From Gemmatimonadales bacterium (GTDB lineage: Bacteria; Gemmatimonadota; Gemmatimonadetes; Gemmatimonadales; GWC2-71-9): a DNA stretch of 64,000 bases. Below, in pieces: positions 38,865 to 51,275 of the stretch. The position numbers were made by a program, and so were the translations under genes. The stretch covers positions 64,913 to 128,912 of the forward strand of contig JBBQFH010000007.1 of assembly GCA_038321865.1 (NCBI GenBank), written 5' to 3'. The notes beneath the pieces are model-generated. The model made no database searches and had not been told where the DNA came from. It saw only the letters and a list, made by a program, of their open reading frames with translations. Position 1 is the stretch's first letter, and each line of letters begins with the position of its first letter.

Positions 38865-38902
38865 GACCGCGCCGCCCGACCTCAGGGTCGAGCGGCGCGA
38901 TC
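38865..38902 (-). terminator. 17-bp hairpin closing the 38.9-39.1 kb structured locus
   Basis: Minus strand GATCGCGCCGCTCGACC-ctga-GGTCGGGCGGCGCGGTC pairs fully with two G.U; no U-tract. Confidence 0.55.
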
Positions 38903-38978
38903 GGTTGTCATCTGAGCTCGAACGACTCGCTCCAGCTCCTGCCAGTTCCGGCTGATACCGGGAACGCGTGCTGCGCTG

Positions 38979-39044
38979 CTACCGGCCTTGCACCAGGCGA
39001 CCGTCTGCCCAAATCGAGCTCAGCATGCAACTCTCACTAGACAA
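38979..39044 (-). other. Candidate sORF (21 aa, MSSESCMLSSIWADGRLVQGR) or structured RNA with an extended 16S-complementary SD
   Basis: GGAGGTGATCCA immediately precedes TTG 39044; in-frame ATG 39077 has its own AGGAGG SD. Confidence 0.45.
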
Positions 39045-39144
39045 TGGATCACCTCCCTCGGTTGACGGGTGAATCATGTTGACCTCCTGCGAGCGCAAAA
39101 TAACAAATGCCCCGGAGACGACGCAAGCGTCGGCGGTGCGGTTG

Positions 39145-39819
39145 CTACAGCCCCGGGACGCGAAGCCCGTAGTGCAGGCCCGCGCCGAAGGTTCCGTAGG
39201 TGACGCCGTCGCGCCGGCTCCAGTCGTACCCGGCATGGATCCCGATGCCGCTCAGCAGATTCAGCTCCACGCCGCCGCTGATGGCGAAGGCCGCCTTGGT
39301 GGCCGACGCGCCCTGGGCGCTGGCCCGGACGATGTCCACGCGTGGCGCAAGCCACGGCTTGATCGCCAGCACCGGATTCGGCAGACTCATGGCGATCCCG
39401 AGACCGATCGGAAAACGGAGCTCCGTGATATCGCCGGTCGTTCCGCTCGGCTGGGCGACGAGCGGATTCTTCGCGTACCCAACCCCGCCCTGCAGCGTCA
39501 CCGACAGCGGAATCAGCGGGCCGCCGAGCAGTTTCAGGTTGCCGGTCGCGCCCAGCGAGAGAAAGTTGCCGCCGACGCCCTTCGGATTCGATTCGACGGC
39601 CATCGCGGTGACCCCGAGCGGCCCGAAGCCGAGCCGGGCGCTGCCACCGTAGGCGACACCCCCGCCGGAGACCGTGTTCGGTACCCCGAACTCACCGGCC
39701 AGCGTCAGTCCGGTAGACACCCCGCTGTTATAGACCGGTATGCCGCGCACCTGCGCTTCGGCCCCACGGGTCAGCCCCAGCACGATTGCCGCCAGCGCGA
39801 GTCCGGTTGAATAGCGCAT
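39145..39819 (-). CDS. Outer-membrane beta-barrel protein
   Basis: Signal peptide ending AEA-Q, alternating hydrophobic strands; GGAGG SD. Confidence 0.7.
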   Translation of the reverse strand: MRYSTGLALAAIVLGLTRGAEAQVRGIPVYNSGVSTGLTLAGEFGVPNTVSGGGVAYGGSARLGFGPLGVTAMAVESNPKGVGGNFLSLGATGNLKLLGGPLIPLSVTLQGGVGYAKNPLVAQPSGTTGDITELRFPIGLGIAMSLPNPVLAIKPWLAPRVDIVRASAQGASATKAAFAISGGVELNLLSGIGIHAGYDWSRRDGVTYGTFGAGLHYGLRVPGL

Positions 39820-39902
39820 GCATCCTCCAGCTGTGGTGTCCCGGTCACAACCCTTGAACGAAGCTAGCCAGCCGCGCGCCCGGCAGTCAAATCGTTCGCG
39901 AC

Positions 39903-39930
39903 AAAAAAACGCCCGGCAATCAGCCGGGCG
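39903..39930 (-). terminator. Rho-independent terminator
   Basis: Minus strand CGCCCGGC-loop-GCCGGGCG followed by TTTTTTT. Confidence 0.8.
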
Positions 39931-39955
39931 CTTCGTGCGACGATCGAGCTGCGAC

Positions 39956-40576
39956 TTACTTGACGTAGTTGACGCCGACGCCGATGCCCTGGCGAGCCGA
40001 GGAGCCGAGCCCGCCGCTCACCCGAACGTCCAGGTTTCGCCCCAGCCGGACGTCCACACCCAGGCCGAGGTCGAAGTACACGTGGCTGCTGCCGCCGCCG
40101 AACTGGGGAATCATCGTCGGCTCGACATAGGGTACGAAGCTCATGGAGGAGCCTTCCATCTGCACCCGGCGCCCGAGCGTGATGCCGACCGGGATGTTGG
40201 CGATCGTGGTTCCTCCGCCGAACGCGAAGCCCGCGCCGATCGCGAGCGCGCCGTCGAGCGGGAAGCTCTGGGAGCTCTGCAGCACGCGCGTGCGGAAGTT
40301 GCCGCCTACGGAGAAGATGTTGTCGCCCGCGCCGCCGGGACTGAGGTAGGCGATCCCGAGGCCGAAGTCATTCCGGCCGCGGCCGATGCCGTAGTTGCCC
40401 TGCAGCGCGTAGTCGTAGCCCTTGGGCTGGGAGAACGCGGCGCCGATTTCGTATGTGGTGAAGGCGCGGTAGGGCGCCTTGTACATCGGCGTAAACAACT
40501 CCTGCGCGGCGAGTTGGCGCGAGCCGGCGATGGCGAGGACTGCGATGACGATCCCGGCAGACAGATTACGACGCAT
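39956..40576 (-). CDS. Outer-membrane beta-barrel protein
   Basis: GAGGAG SD, signal peptide from ATG 40576, beta-strand pattern ending GVGVNYVK. Confidence 0.7.
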   Translation of the reverse strand: MRRNLSAGIVIAVLAIAGSRQLAAQELFTPMYKAPYRAFTTYEIGAAFSQPKGYDYALQGNYGIGRGRNDFGLGIAYLSPGGAGDNIFSVGGNFRTRVLQSSQSFPLDGALAIGAGFAFGGGTTIANIPVGITLGRRVQMEGSSMSFVPYVEPTMIPQFGGGSSHVYFDLGLGVDVRLGRNLDVRVSGGLGSSARQGIGVGVNYVK

Positions 40577-40825
40577 TAGTGTCTCCTCGAACATGTTCGG
40601 CGACCACTCGTACCCGGTTGTCCACGACCTGCAGAAACCCGCCACGGACATGAAACCGGTGACTCGACCCGCCCTGCCGCACGACGAGCATGCCTTCGCC
40701 GAGCAGCGTCATGAACGGGGCGTGGCGCGGCAGGATGCCGACCTCGCCGTCGAACGCAGGCGCGACGACGGCGTCGGCCTGACCGTCAAACATAGCTGAT
40801 TCGGGCGAAATCACCGTGACTTGCA

Positions 40826-40826
<1 letters not shown>
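40566..40826 (-). CDS. atpC: ATP synthase epsilon subunit (short)
   Basis: VISPE, GEVGILPRHAP, GGFLQV. Confidence 0.93.
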
Positions 40827-44777
<3,951 letters not shown>

Positions 44778-44899
44778 GTGGTCGGATGCCTGTCTGAGGG
44801 TCGGGTGAAATCGGCTTGTGAAAATAATCACAATGCCCTGCTGCGGGCAAGATGCGGGTCGCTGGCGCGGGAGGCGGGCTGTCGGTATTTCTTCCGCCC

Positions 44900-45280
44900 A
44901 TGCTGATACTCTCGCTACTGCCCGATACCTACGCCATCTGCCGCCTCCCCAGCACCGATCCGGTTCCGGTCTGGGCCATCAGCGGCGCACTCTCCTCCGT
45001 GACCCGCAGCGCGGACGAGCTCTCCATCGTGTGCCGCGAGCGGGGCATCCCGGACGACGTGGTGCGCGAAGGGAAATGGCGCTGCCTCCGGGTGGCCACG
45101 CAACTGGATCTGTCCCTGACCGGCATCCTCGCGTCGCTCGTGGTGCCACTCGCGAACGCGATGATCTCGGTCTTCTCGCTCTCGACCTACGACACCGATT
45201 ATCTGCTGGTCAAGGCGGACATGCTCGATCGGGCGATCGAGGTGCTTCGCGAGGCGGGGCATGACGTCACGTTGAACTGA
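44900..45280 (+). CDS. ACT domain protein (ACT_7/CASTOR-like)
   Basis: [25 protein letters not shown]. Confidence 0.85.
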   Translation: MLILSLLPDTYAICRLPSTDPVPVWAISGALSSVTRSADELSIVCRERGIPDDVVREGKWRCLRVATQLDLSLTGILASLVVPLANAMISVFSLSTYDTDYLLVKADMLDRAIEVLREAGHDVTLN

Positions 45281-45294
45281 CGCGGCCAGGCGGT

Positions 45295-46065
45295 TCAGCG
45301 CCGGCTGCGGGTTTTTCCCCGTACGAAGGCCGCCAGCACTCCCTGGGCGCCGAGCGCGGCCAAACCGCTGGTCGTGACGCCGGCGATACGGCGCGCCGTC
45401 CCCGCCAGATGGCTCGAGGAATTGAAGTGCAGCAGGCGGACCACCGCGCCGGGCCCGTACCCCGGATTCTGCAGCAGCTGCGCGGCGCAGGCAATCCGCG
45501 TCAGATCGATCACGCGCTTGAGATTGGGGGCGCCGCCCGCCCCGAACTGCCGCGACAGGTACTCCCGGCTCACCGCCAGATGCCGCGCCAGCGCGGCCGT
45601 CCGCACCGGCCGCTCGACTTCACTCAAAAGATGATTCCAGGCGGCCCGCTGCAGCGGCTCCGTGAGGCGGAGCGCCCGCGGCGCATCGGCCATGGCTCGC
45701 CGGCGCGCGGTCGTGAGCGAGCACCGCGCGACCTGGTCGCCGACCACCGCGTCATCCACTCCCTCGACGACGATGGCGGCGACCTGGTGCCGGCGATAGG
45801 AGACGAGCAGTTCGCCGTCGTCCGGACGGAATGGCGCGTAGGCGACGATGGGGATCTGCGGCAGCCGGCTCCGAAGGCCGGCGATCACGGTGGCGACGGC
45901 CAGCCCCGGGGCGAGGACAATCGCATCGACCAGCCGCTGTGCCAGGACCCGGTCGAGCGCCGCCGGCGTTCGGCAGGCCACGATCTGTCCGCCGGCCGGG
46001 GGCAGCGTGCGTCGAAGCGCCGTGAGCGCCCCCCGGCTCTCCAGCAGCGTCGCGACGGCGGCCAC
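45295..46065 (-). CDS. AraC-family transcriptional regulator
   Basis: C-terminal double HTH (LAVSREYLSRQF; FNSSSHL). Confidence 0.8.
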   Translation of the reverse strand: MAAVATLLESRGALTALRRTLPPAGGQIVACRTPAALDRVLAQRLVDAIVLAPGLAVATVIAGLRSRLPQIPIVAYAPFRPDDGELLVSYRRHQVAAIVVEGVDDAVVGDQVARCSLTTARRRAMADAPRALRLTEPLQRAAWNHLLSEVERPVRTAALARHLAVSREYLSRQFGAGGAPNLKRVIDLTRIACAAQLLQNPGYGPGAVVRLLHFNSSSHLAGTARRIAGVTTSGLAALGAQGVLAAFVRGKTRSRR

Positions 46066-46068
46066 CCG

Positions 46069-46557
46069 TCAGCCCGGCAGCGGTTCCGCCGGACGCCGGG
46101 GCCGGCCGGCGCCGACGGCGACGAGCGTGCGGACCATTTCGCCGGCACGCTTGAGCACGCCACGGGCGTTGTCGTAACTCAGTACTTCGAGCGCCTCCTC
46201 CAGCGAGCACCAGCGGCAGGCGGTGATGCCCTCGTCGAGCTGTGGGGCGGGCTCACCGTCGGGCGATTCCAGCAGGAAGAAGTGGCAGTACTTGTGAATG
46301 TGCTTGCCGCGAAACCGAAAATGCCAGTCGATCACGCGGATGGGGCCCTGCAGAATGAGTTGCTCGAGGCCGGTCTCCTCCCCGGTTTCCCGAAGGGCGG
46401 CCTGGGCCGGCGTTTCCGCTTCCTCGAGGTGGCCCTTGGGGAAGCCCCAGTTGTCATAGGAGTCGCGAATCAGCAGGAAGCGCGCGAGCCCTTCCGGCGG
46501 GCGGCGAAACACGATGCCGCCCGCGCTGACTTCGAGCTCCGGCCTGCGCTTCCCCAT
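46069..46557 (-). CDS. NUDIX hydrolase (Ap4A hydrolase-like)
   Basis: SAGGIV, WGFPKGHLE..AALRETGEETG Nudix box. Confidence 0.9.
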   Translation of the reverse strand: MGKRRPELEVSAGGIVFRRPPEGLARFLLIRDSYDNWGFPKGHLEEAETPAQAALRETGEETGLEQLILQGPIRVIDWHFRFRGKHIHKYCHFFLLESPDGEPAPQLDEGITACRWCSLEEALEVLSYDNARGVLKRAGEMVRTLVAVGAGRPRRPAEPLPG

Positions 46558-47564
46558 CAGAACACCGAGACCTTGATGTATTTCTTGGGGTGCGCCTGGA
46601 TATCGGCGAGCAGCTCGCGGAACTGGCGCATCGTCATCGCCGTCTCGTTGTAGAGCGTGGAATCGGTCGCCAGCTTGCCGAGCGTCCCGTTGCCGGCCTG
46701 GATCCGGCCGAGCAGCGAGTCGGCGGACTGGAGTATTCGCACCAGACTCGCATCGTTCGCGCGCATCGTGGCCATGAGCTGGCGGAAGTCGGCCGACGCC
46801 TGCCGGATGTCGCCGCTGGCGTCCCGGCCGTTGTTCATGATCTCGCGGAGCTGATTCTGGCTGGTGGCGCTGTCGACGCGCGCCACGGTCGCGTTGAGAC
46901 TGCGCGTCACACCTGCGAAGGCGTCCGAGGTGGTGGCGAGATTGGTGCTCACCCGGTCGATCCGGGTCGTCTGCGTGCCGGCGAAGGCGACAAGGCGGTT
47001 GCTGATGGCGGCGAGGTCCAGGACGCTCTGCCGCAGCTGCCGGAGCGCCGTGCTGTCGAACGCACCCTGAATGCGCTGCGTCACGTTGGCCACGTCACTG
47101 GCGATGCGGCTCGCCTGCGCCGTGAGCTGGCCGATGTCCGGCAGCGTGGCGCCCGGCCATGCCCCGCCGGCGGCACGGTCCGACTCGATCAGCGCGGCCC
47201 GCACGTTCGGATCGTCCGGCAGCGGCTCGAACGGAATGATGTTGGCCGACCATCCGCCGAAGAGGCTGGCGGATGCGGCGATGACGGCCGGCTTCCGCGG
47301 CAGCTGCACGTCCCGGTCGATGCTGAACTCGGTTTCGACCCAGGCGTTCTGCACCAGGCGCACGGCCACCACCTTGCCGACCTTCACGCCCCGGAGCGTC
47401 ACCGGGTTGCCGACCTGCAGCCCTTCCACCGTTCGGAACCGGGCGGTATAGGTCGCGTCCTTCTGGCTCAGGTCGGCTTCGCTCAGCCACAGCGCGCCGG
47501 CGATCACCACGAACAGCGCCGCGAGCACCGCCAGGCCGACGACGAACTCGTTTCGACGCTTCAT
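46557..47564 (-). CDS. mlaD: MlaD/MCE family protein
   Basis: N-terminal TM, GLQVGNPVTLRGVKVG, GTLGKL. Confidence 0.9.
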   Translation of the reverse strand: MKRRNEFVVGLAVLAALFVVIAGALWLSEADLSQKDATYTARFRTVEGLQVGNPVTLRGVKVGKVVAVRLVQNAWVETEFSIDRDVQLPRKPAVIAASASLFGGWSANIIPFEPLPDDPNVRAALIESDRAAGGAWPGATLPDIGQLTAQASRIASDVANVTQRIQGAFDSTALRQLRQSVLDLAAISNRLVAFAGTQTTRIDRVSTNLATTSDAFAGVTRSLNATVARVDSATSQNQLREIMNNGRDASGDIRQASADFRQLMATMRANDASLVRILQSADSLLGRIQAGNGTLGKLATDSTLYNETAMTMRQFRELLADIQAHPKKYIKVSVF

Positions 47565-48283
47565 GCGGGGCGGCCCTCGATGAACTGGCGCACGATCGGA
47601 TCCTGGCTCGCGCGGATCTCGTCCGGCGTCCCGACCTGGCGAATTCGTCCCTCGTGCAGCATCGCAATGCGATCGGCCACGGCAAACGCGCTCTTCATGT
47701 CATGGGTGACGATGACCCCGGTGACGCCGAGGTCGCGGGTCCGGATCATGAGCTGGTCCATGACGGCCGTGGTGACCGGGTCGAGGCCGGTCGTCGGCTC
47801 GTCGTAGAGGATATAGCGCGGGCGGAGGGCGACCGCCCGCGCGATTCCCACCCGCTTGCGCATCCCGCCCGACAGTTCCGCCGGCAGCTTCTCCTCGGTG
47901 CCGGCCAGATCCACCACGTTGAGACTGTCACGGACGCGCGTCTCGATTTCCGCGTCGTCGAACCCGCGTCGCACCAGCCCGAGGGCGAGATTGTCCCGCA
48001 CGGTCATCGAGTCGAAGAGCGCCGCGAACTGGAAGACATAGCCGATCCTGGCGCGCAGCGATCCCAGTCCGTCGCGATCCAGCTCGCCGACCACCTCGTC
48101 ATCCACGATCACGCGCCCGGCCTCGGGCCGCAGCAACCCGATGATGCATTTCAGGGTAACGCTCTTGCCGCTGCCCGAGATGCCGATGATGGCGGTGTTG
48201 CGCCCGTCAGGCACATCGAGATCCACGCCGTTGAGGATGGACCTCGGCCCGAAGGCCTTGTACACGTTGTCCAGCCGGATCAC
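47561..48283 (-). CDS. mlaF: MlaF-type ABC ATPase
   Basis: GISGSGKS, LSGGMRKRVG, YDEPTTGLDP. Confidence 0.92.
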   Translation of the reverse strand: MIRLDNVYKAFGPRSILNGVDLDVPDGRNTAIIGISGSGKSVTLKCIIGLLRPEAGRVIVDDEVVGELDRDGLGSLRARIGYVFQFAALFDSMTVRDNLALGLVRRGFDDAEIETRVRDSLNVVDLAGTEEKLPAELSGGMRKRVGIARAVALRPRYILYDEPTTGLDPVTTAVMDQLMIRTRDLGVTGVIVTHDMKSAFAVADRIAMLHEGRIRQVGTPDEIRASQDPIVRQFIEGRPA

Positions 48284-48296
48284 GGCCGGTGCGCGC

Positions 48297-49058
48297 TCAG
48301 AGGAGCACCAGTGCCCAGAACGCGTCGAGCACCAGGATCGCCTCGCAGCCGAGCACCACGGCGCGGGTCGTCGCGGCGCCCACCCCTTCGGCGCCGCCCC
48401 GGGCAGAGAGGCCCTTGAGGGAGCCCATGAGCGCGATCGCGGCGCCGAAGCTCGCGCTCTTGACCAGCCCGAACCAGACGTCCTTGAACTGGTAGAAGAG
48501 CCGCAGCCCCTTGAAGAACTCGACGGACGACAGGTCGAGCAGGTTGATGGCGGTGAGCCAGCCGGCCGTGACGCCGACCGCGACCGCGAACGCCGTGATC
48601 ACGGGAAACATCAGCGTCGCCGCGACGACCCGCGGCACCACCAGGTACGAAACCGGATTGTACGCCAGCGTCTCCAGCGCGTCCACCTGCTCGGTCACCT
48701 TCATCGTGCCGAGCTCGGCCGCGATGTTGGCGCCCACCCGGCCGGCCAGGGCCATGCCGGTGAGCACGGGGCCAAGCTCCATCATGATCGTCTTGCCGAC
48801 GAGCGCGCCGACCATGTAGAGCGGCATGGCGCCGGTGAAGATGTAGGAGGCGAGCAGGGCGAGCACGATGCCGGTGAAGACGGCGATGAAGAGCGCGATG
48901 GGAATCGAGTCGACGCCGAGCCGGCGCATCTGCCCGATCACCAGCGGGCGCCAGACGGCTACCTCTCCGACCGCACGAGCGGCGTCGAGCGTCCAGCCTC
49001 CGACCTGGGAGACGAATGGGACTCGCCCTGGGGCGCGAAGCACGTCGGAACGCCGCAC
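48297..49058 (-). CDS. mlaE: MlaE-type ABC permease
   Basis: ELGPVLT, AELGTMKVTEQVDAL, GAEGVG; start uncertain. Confidence 0.92.
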   Translation of the reverse strand: MRRSDVLRAPGRVPFVSQVGGWTLDAARAVGEVAVWRPLVIGQMRRLGVDSIPIALFIAVFTGIVLALLASYIFTGAMPLYMVGALVGKTIMMELGPVLTGMALAGRVGANIAAELGTMKVTEQVDALETLAYNPVSYLVVPRVVAATLMFPVITAFAVAVGVTAGWLTAINLLDLSSVEFFKGLRLFYQFKDVWFGLVKSASFGAAIALMGSLKGLSARGGAEGVGAATTRAVVLGCEAILVLDAFWALVLL

Positions 49059-49149
49059 GAGGGGAAGCTACCGCCGGGCCGCGAAGCTCGCCAGCACGCG
49101 GGCCCGCTGCTGCGCCGCCGAAAGCATGTCGTACGCGATGGAAAAATGC

Positions 49150-49178
49150 TTGACACTGCCCCGCGGGCGGACTAGCTT
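49150..49178 (+). promoter_or_regulatory. Sigma70 promoter of the tRNA cluster
   Basis: TTGACA-17 bp-TAGCTT with an A-rich tract upstream. Confidence 0.7.
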
Positions 49179-49227
49179 CTCGTGCTCCGCGGACCGGGTC
49201 AATGGCGGCGGAACACGACAGTCAAAC

Positions 49228-49300
49228 GGGGGCGTAGCTCAGTTGGGAGAGCGCGTGAATGGCATTCACGAGGTCAGGGGTTCGATCCCCCTCGCCTCCA
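49228..49300 (+). tRNA. tRNA-Ala(GGC)
   Basis: Cloverleaf, anticodon GGC, G3.U70 pair, GTTCGA T-loop. Confidence 0.95.
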
Positions 49301-49347
49301 CTCTCCACCGGCCCGACGCCGCCGTGACGTCGTCGAGCCGGCGCCGG

Positions 49348-49376
49348 TTGCGCGGACAGAGGTCGGTAGGTACAAT
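49348..49376 (+). promoter_or_regulatory. Internal sigma70 promoter before tRNA-Gly
   Basis: TTGCGC-17 bp-TACAAT. Confidence 0.55.
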
Positions 49377-49388
49377 CTTCGTCCGTTC

Positions 49389-49461
49389 GCGGGAATAGCT
49401 CAGTTGGTAGAGCACAACCTTGCCAAGGTTGGGGTCGCGGGTTCGAGTCCCGTTTCCCGCT
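49389..49461 (+). tRNA. tRNA-Gly(GCC)
   Basis: GCGGGAATAGCTCAG..TTGCCAA..GTTCGAGTCCCGTTTCCCGCT. Confidence 0.96.
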
Positions 49462-49503
49462 CTACGTGGGCGGAGCAGGTGCTTCGGCTCATCAGGTACA
49501 CGT

Positions 49504-49577
49504 CGCGGGGTGGAGCAGTCTGGTAGCTCGCCGGGCTCATAACCCGGAGGTCGTGGGTTCAAATCCCACCCCCGCTA
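49504..49577 (+). tRNA. Initiator tRNA-fMet(CAT)
   Basis: Anticodon CAT, unpaired C1:U72, GGG/CCC anticodon stem. Confidence 0.95.
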
Positions 49578-49599
49578 TTTACTGCAGGATCGGGCGCTT

Positions 49600-49645
49600 G
49601 ACTGAGGCGCCCCTCCGTGGGCGCCCACAGAGGGGCGCCTCAGTC
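49600..49645. repeat. 46-nt near-perfect palindrome between tRNA-fMet and tRNA-Val
   Basis: GACTGAGGCGCCCCTCCGTGGG-cg-CCCACAGAGGGGCGCCTCAGTC, one mismatch. Confidence 0.8.
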
Positions 49646-49654
49646 GTTCCAGTA

Positions 49655-49728
49655 GGGCGCTTAGCTCAGTTGGTTAGAGCGCCACGTTGACATCGTGGAG
49701 GTCACAAGTTCGAGTCTTGTAGCGCCCA
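49655..49728 (+). tRNA. tRNA-Val(GAC)
   Basis: Anticodon arm CCACG-TTGACAT-CGTGG. Confidence 0.95.
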
Positions 49729-49759
49729 TGCAGTGTCAGGCACGCAGTACGCGGGACCC

Positions 49760-49833
49760 GCGCCCATAGCTCAATTGGATAGAGCATCTGACTACGGATC
49801 AGAAGGTTAGAGGTTCAAGTCCTCTTGGGCGCA
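49760..49833 (+). tRNA. tRNA-Arg(ACG)
   Basis: Anticodon loop CT-ACG-GA within TCTGA/TCAGA stem. Confidence 0.95.
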
Positions 49834-49853
49834 TTCAACCGGACCGGATTGTA

Positions 49854-49928
49854 CGGGGCGTAGCGCAGCCCGGTTAGCGCGCCTGCTTCGGGAGCAGGAG
49901 GTCCCGGGTTCAAATCCCGGCGCCCCGA
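49854..49928 (+). tRNA. tRNA-Pro(CGG)
   Basis: CGGGGCG acceptor, anticodon loop TT-CGG-GA. Confidence 0.95.
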
Positions 49929-49943
49929 TTGAGATACGTCATT

Positions 49944-49982
49944 GGCCCCGCAAGTCACTCGCTTGCGGGGCCTCTGTCTTTT
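49944..49982 (+). terminator. Terminator of the tRNA cluster
   Basis: GGCCCCGCAAG-loop-CTTGCGGGGCC followed by TCTGTCTTTT. Confidence 0.75.
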
Positions 49983-50256
49983 CGGGCGCTGGATGATCGT
50001 GGTGCCCGGCCCCGCCGCTAGCTGTCGCCCGATCCTGCAGCATCGCGTCCATTGCGGCCCATGCCTCGCTGTAGCGCTGCACGAGCCTCGAGTTCACTCG
50101 CTCGAAGCGGCGCGCCCGGATCACGACATCTCCGTGCACCGCGTGCCCGGCATGTCCGGTGTCACGTGGCCGATGCGATCCCGGGCGTGAGATGCGGCGC
50201 AGATCACATCGGCCGGGCCCGGTAACGGCGTAATTAGAGTGTAACAGGAGGCGCCG

Positions 50257-50622
50257 ATGCCATCGAAGCGTGTGCTGGTCGTGGATGACGATCCGGTGGT
50301 GCGATCCGTGCTGATCCGCATGCTCGAGGGCGCCGGTTACGTCGGGCTTGAAACTGCGGGCGCCCAGGCGGCACTGGATTATGTGCTCCAGCATCTGGAC
50401 GACGTGGCACTCGTCATCGTCAACCAGCGACTGCGAGATATGCCTGGCGACGAGCTCGCCGAGAAGGTTCACCAGGCAAAGCCCGGGCAGTGCGTACTTC
50501 GTGTGCTGGGGAACGCGGATGATGCGGTGCTTCGGCCGGCGAACGGCTGCCGTGACCTCGTCAAACCATTTCGGCCAGACGAGCTGGTACAGGTGCTGGG
50601 CGAATTGATCGGGCCGGCCTGA
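50257..50622 (+). CDS. Single-domain (pseudo-)receiver response regulator
   Basis: AGGAGG SD; VLVVDDD and KPF present, phosphoacceptor position is Asn (LVIVNQRL). Confidence 0.8.
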   Translation: MPSKRVLVVDDDPVVRSVLIRMLEGAGYVGLETAGAQAALDYVLQHLDDVALVIVNQRLRDMPGDELAEKVHQAKPGQCVLRVLGNADDAVLRPANGCRDLVKPFRPDELVQVLGELIGPA

Positions 50623-50844
50623 CCTCGCCCGCCTGACCCTGACCGTGCCAGCGCATACCGGCGACCCGCTGCCGGATTGTCGTCGGACGGGCGTTCCTTC
50701 AGAGCGTCTTCCGAGCATCTTCATGGGCACCCGATCAGATTGATCGCAGCCCAGGATGCCGTGGGCTGCCCCGAGCCCACCTTGCTCGATAACCGGGCCC
50801 GGCCGATTGGCTTGCCCCCTCGCCACTGACTTTGGAGGAATATC

Positions 50845-51237
50845 ATGCGATTTTCCGGCTTCACGACGACGCTGGTCGCCGCCGCGCTTGCACTCACGGC
50901 ACCTCTGGCCGCACAGCAGCCGGGGCACGCCCCGGCGAAACCGCATGCCCAGGCTTCGGGCATGATGAGGATGGACATGAGGATGATGGATTCGCTCGAC
51001 GCCCGGCTCGACAGCGCGATGGCCCGCATGAACCGGAGCTCGGGGGATGCCAGAGTCGCCGCGATGGCCGACGCCCTCAACGCCCTGGTCGCCGGACACA
51101 AGGCGATGCACGCGCACATGCGGGAAATGGGCGGTGGCATGGGCGGAATGCCCGGAATGGCGCACCCGATGCCCGCGATGGCACACCCGATGCCCGGCAT
51201 GGGCCGGCCCGACTCGGCGGCTCGAGCGCCGAAATGA
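50845..51237 (+). CDS. Secreted Met/His-rich protein
   Basis: GGAGG SD, signal peptide ending LAA-Q, many Met/His residues. Confidence 0.75.
   Translation: MRFSGFTTTLVAAALALTAPLAAQQPGHAPAKPHAQASGMMRMDMRMMDSLDARLDSAMARMNRSSGDARVAAMADALNALVAGHKAMHAHMREMGGGMGGMPGMAHPMPAMAHPMPGMGRPDSAARAPK
51148..51201 (+). repeat. 21-bp coding tandem repeat (MPxMAHP, about 2.5 copies)
   Basis: ATGCCCGGAATGGCGCACCCG / ATGCCCGCGATGGCACACCCG / ATGCCCGGCATG. Confidence 0.75.
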
Positions 51238-51275
51238 CCTGGTGGGCGCTGGCGCCCGGCGGACAACAGTCTTGA

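Noticed and set aside
39045..39056. 16S rRNA gene fragment
   Set aside because: Only 12 nt match; flanks show no helix 45 or other rRNA sequence, so it is treated as an SD-like element instead
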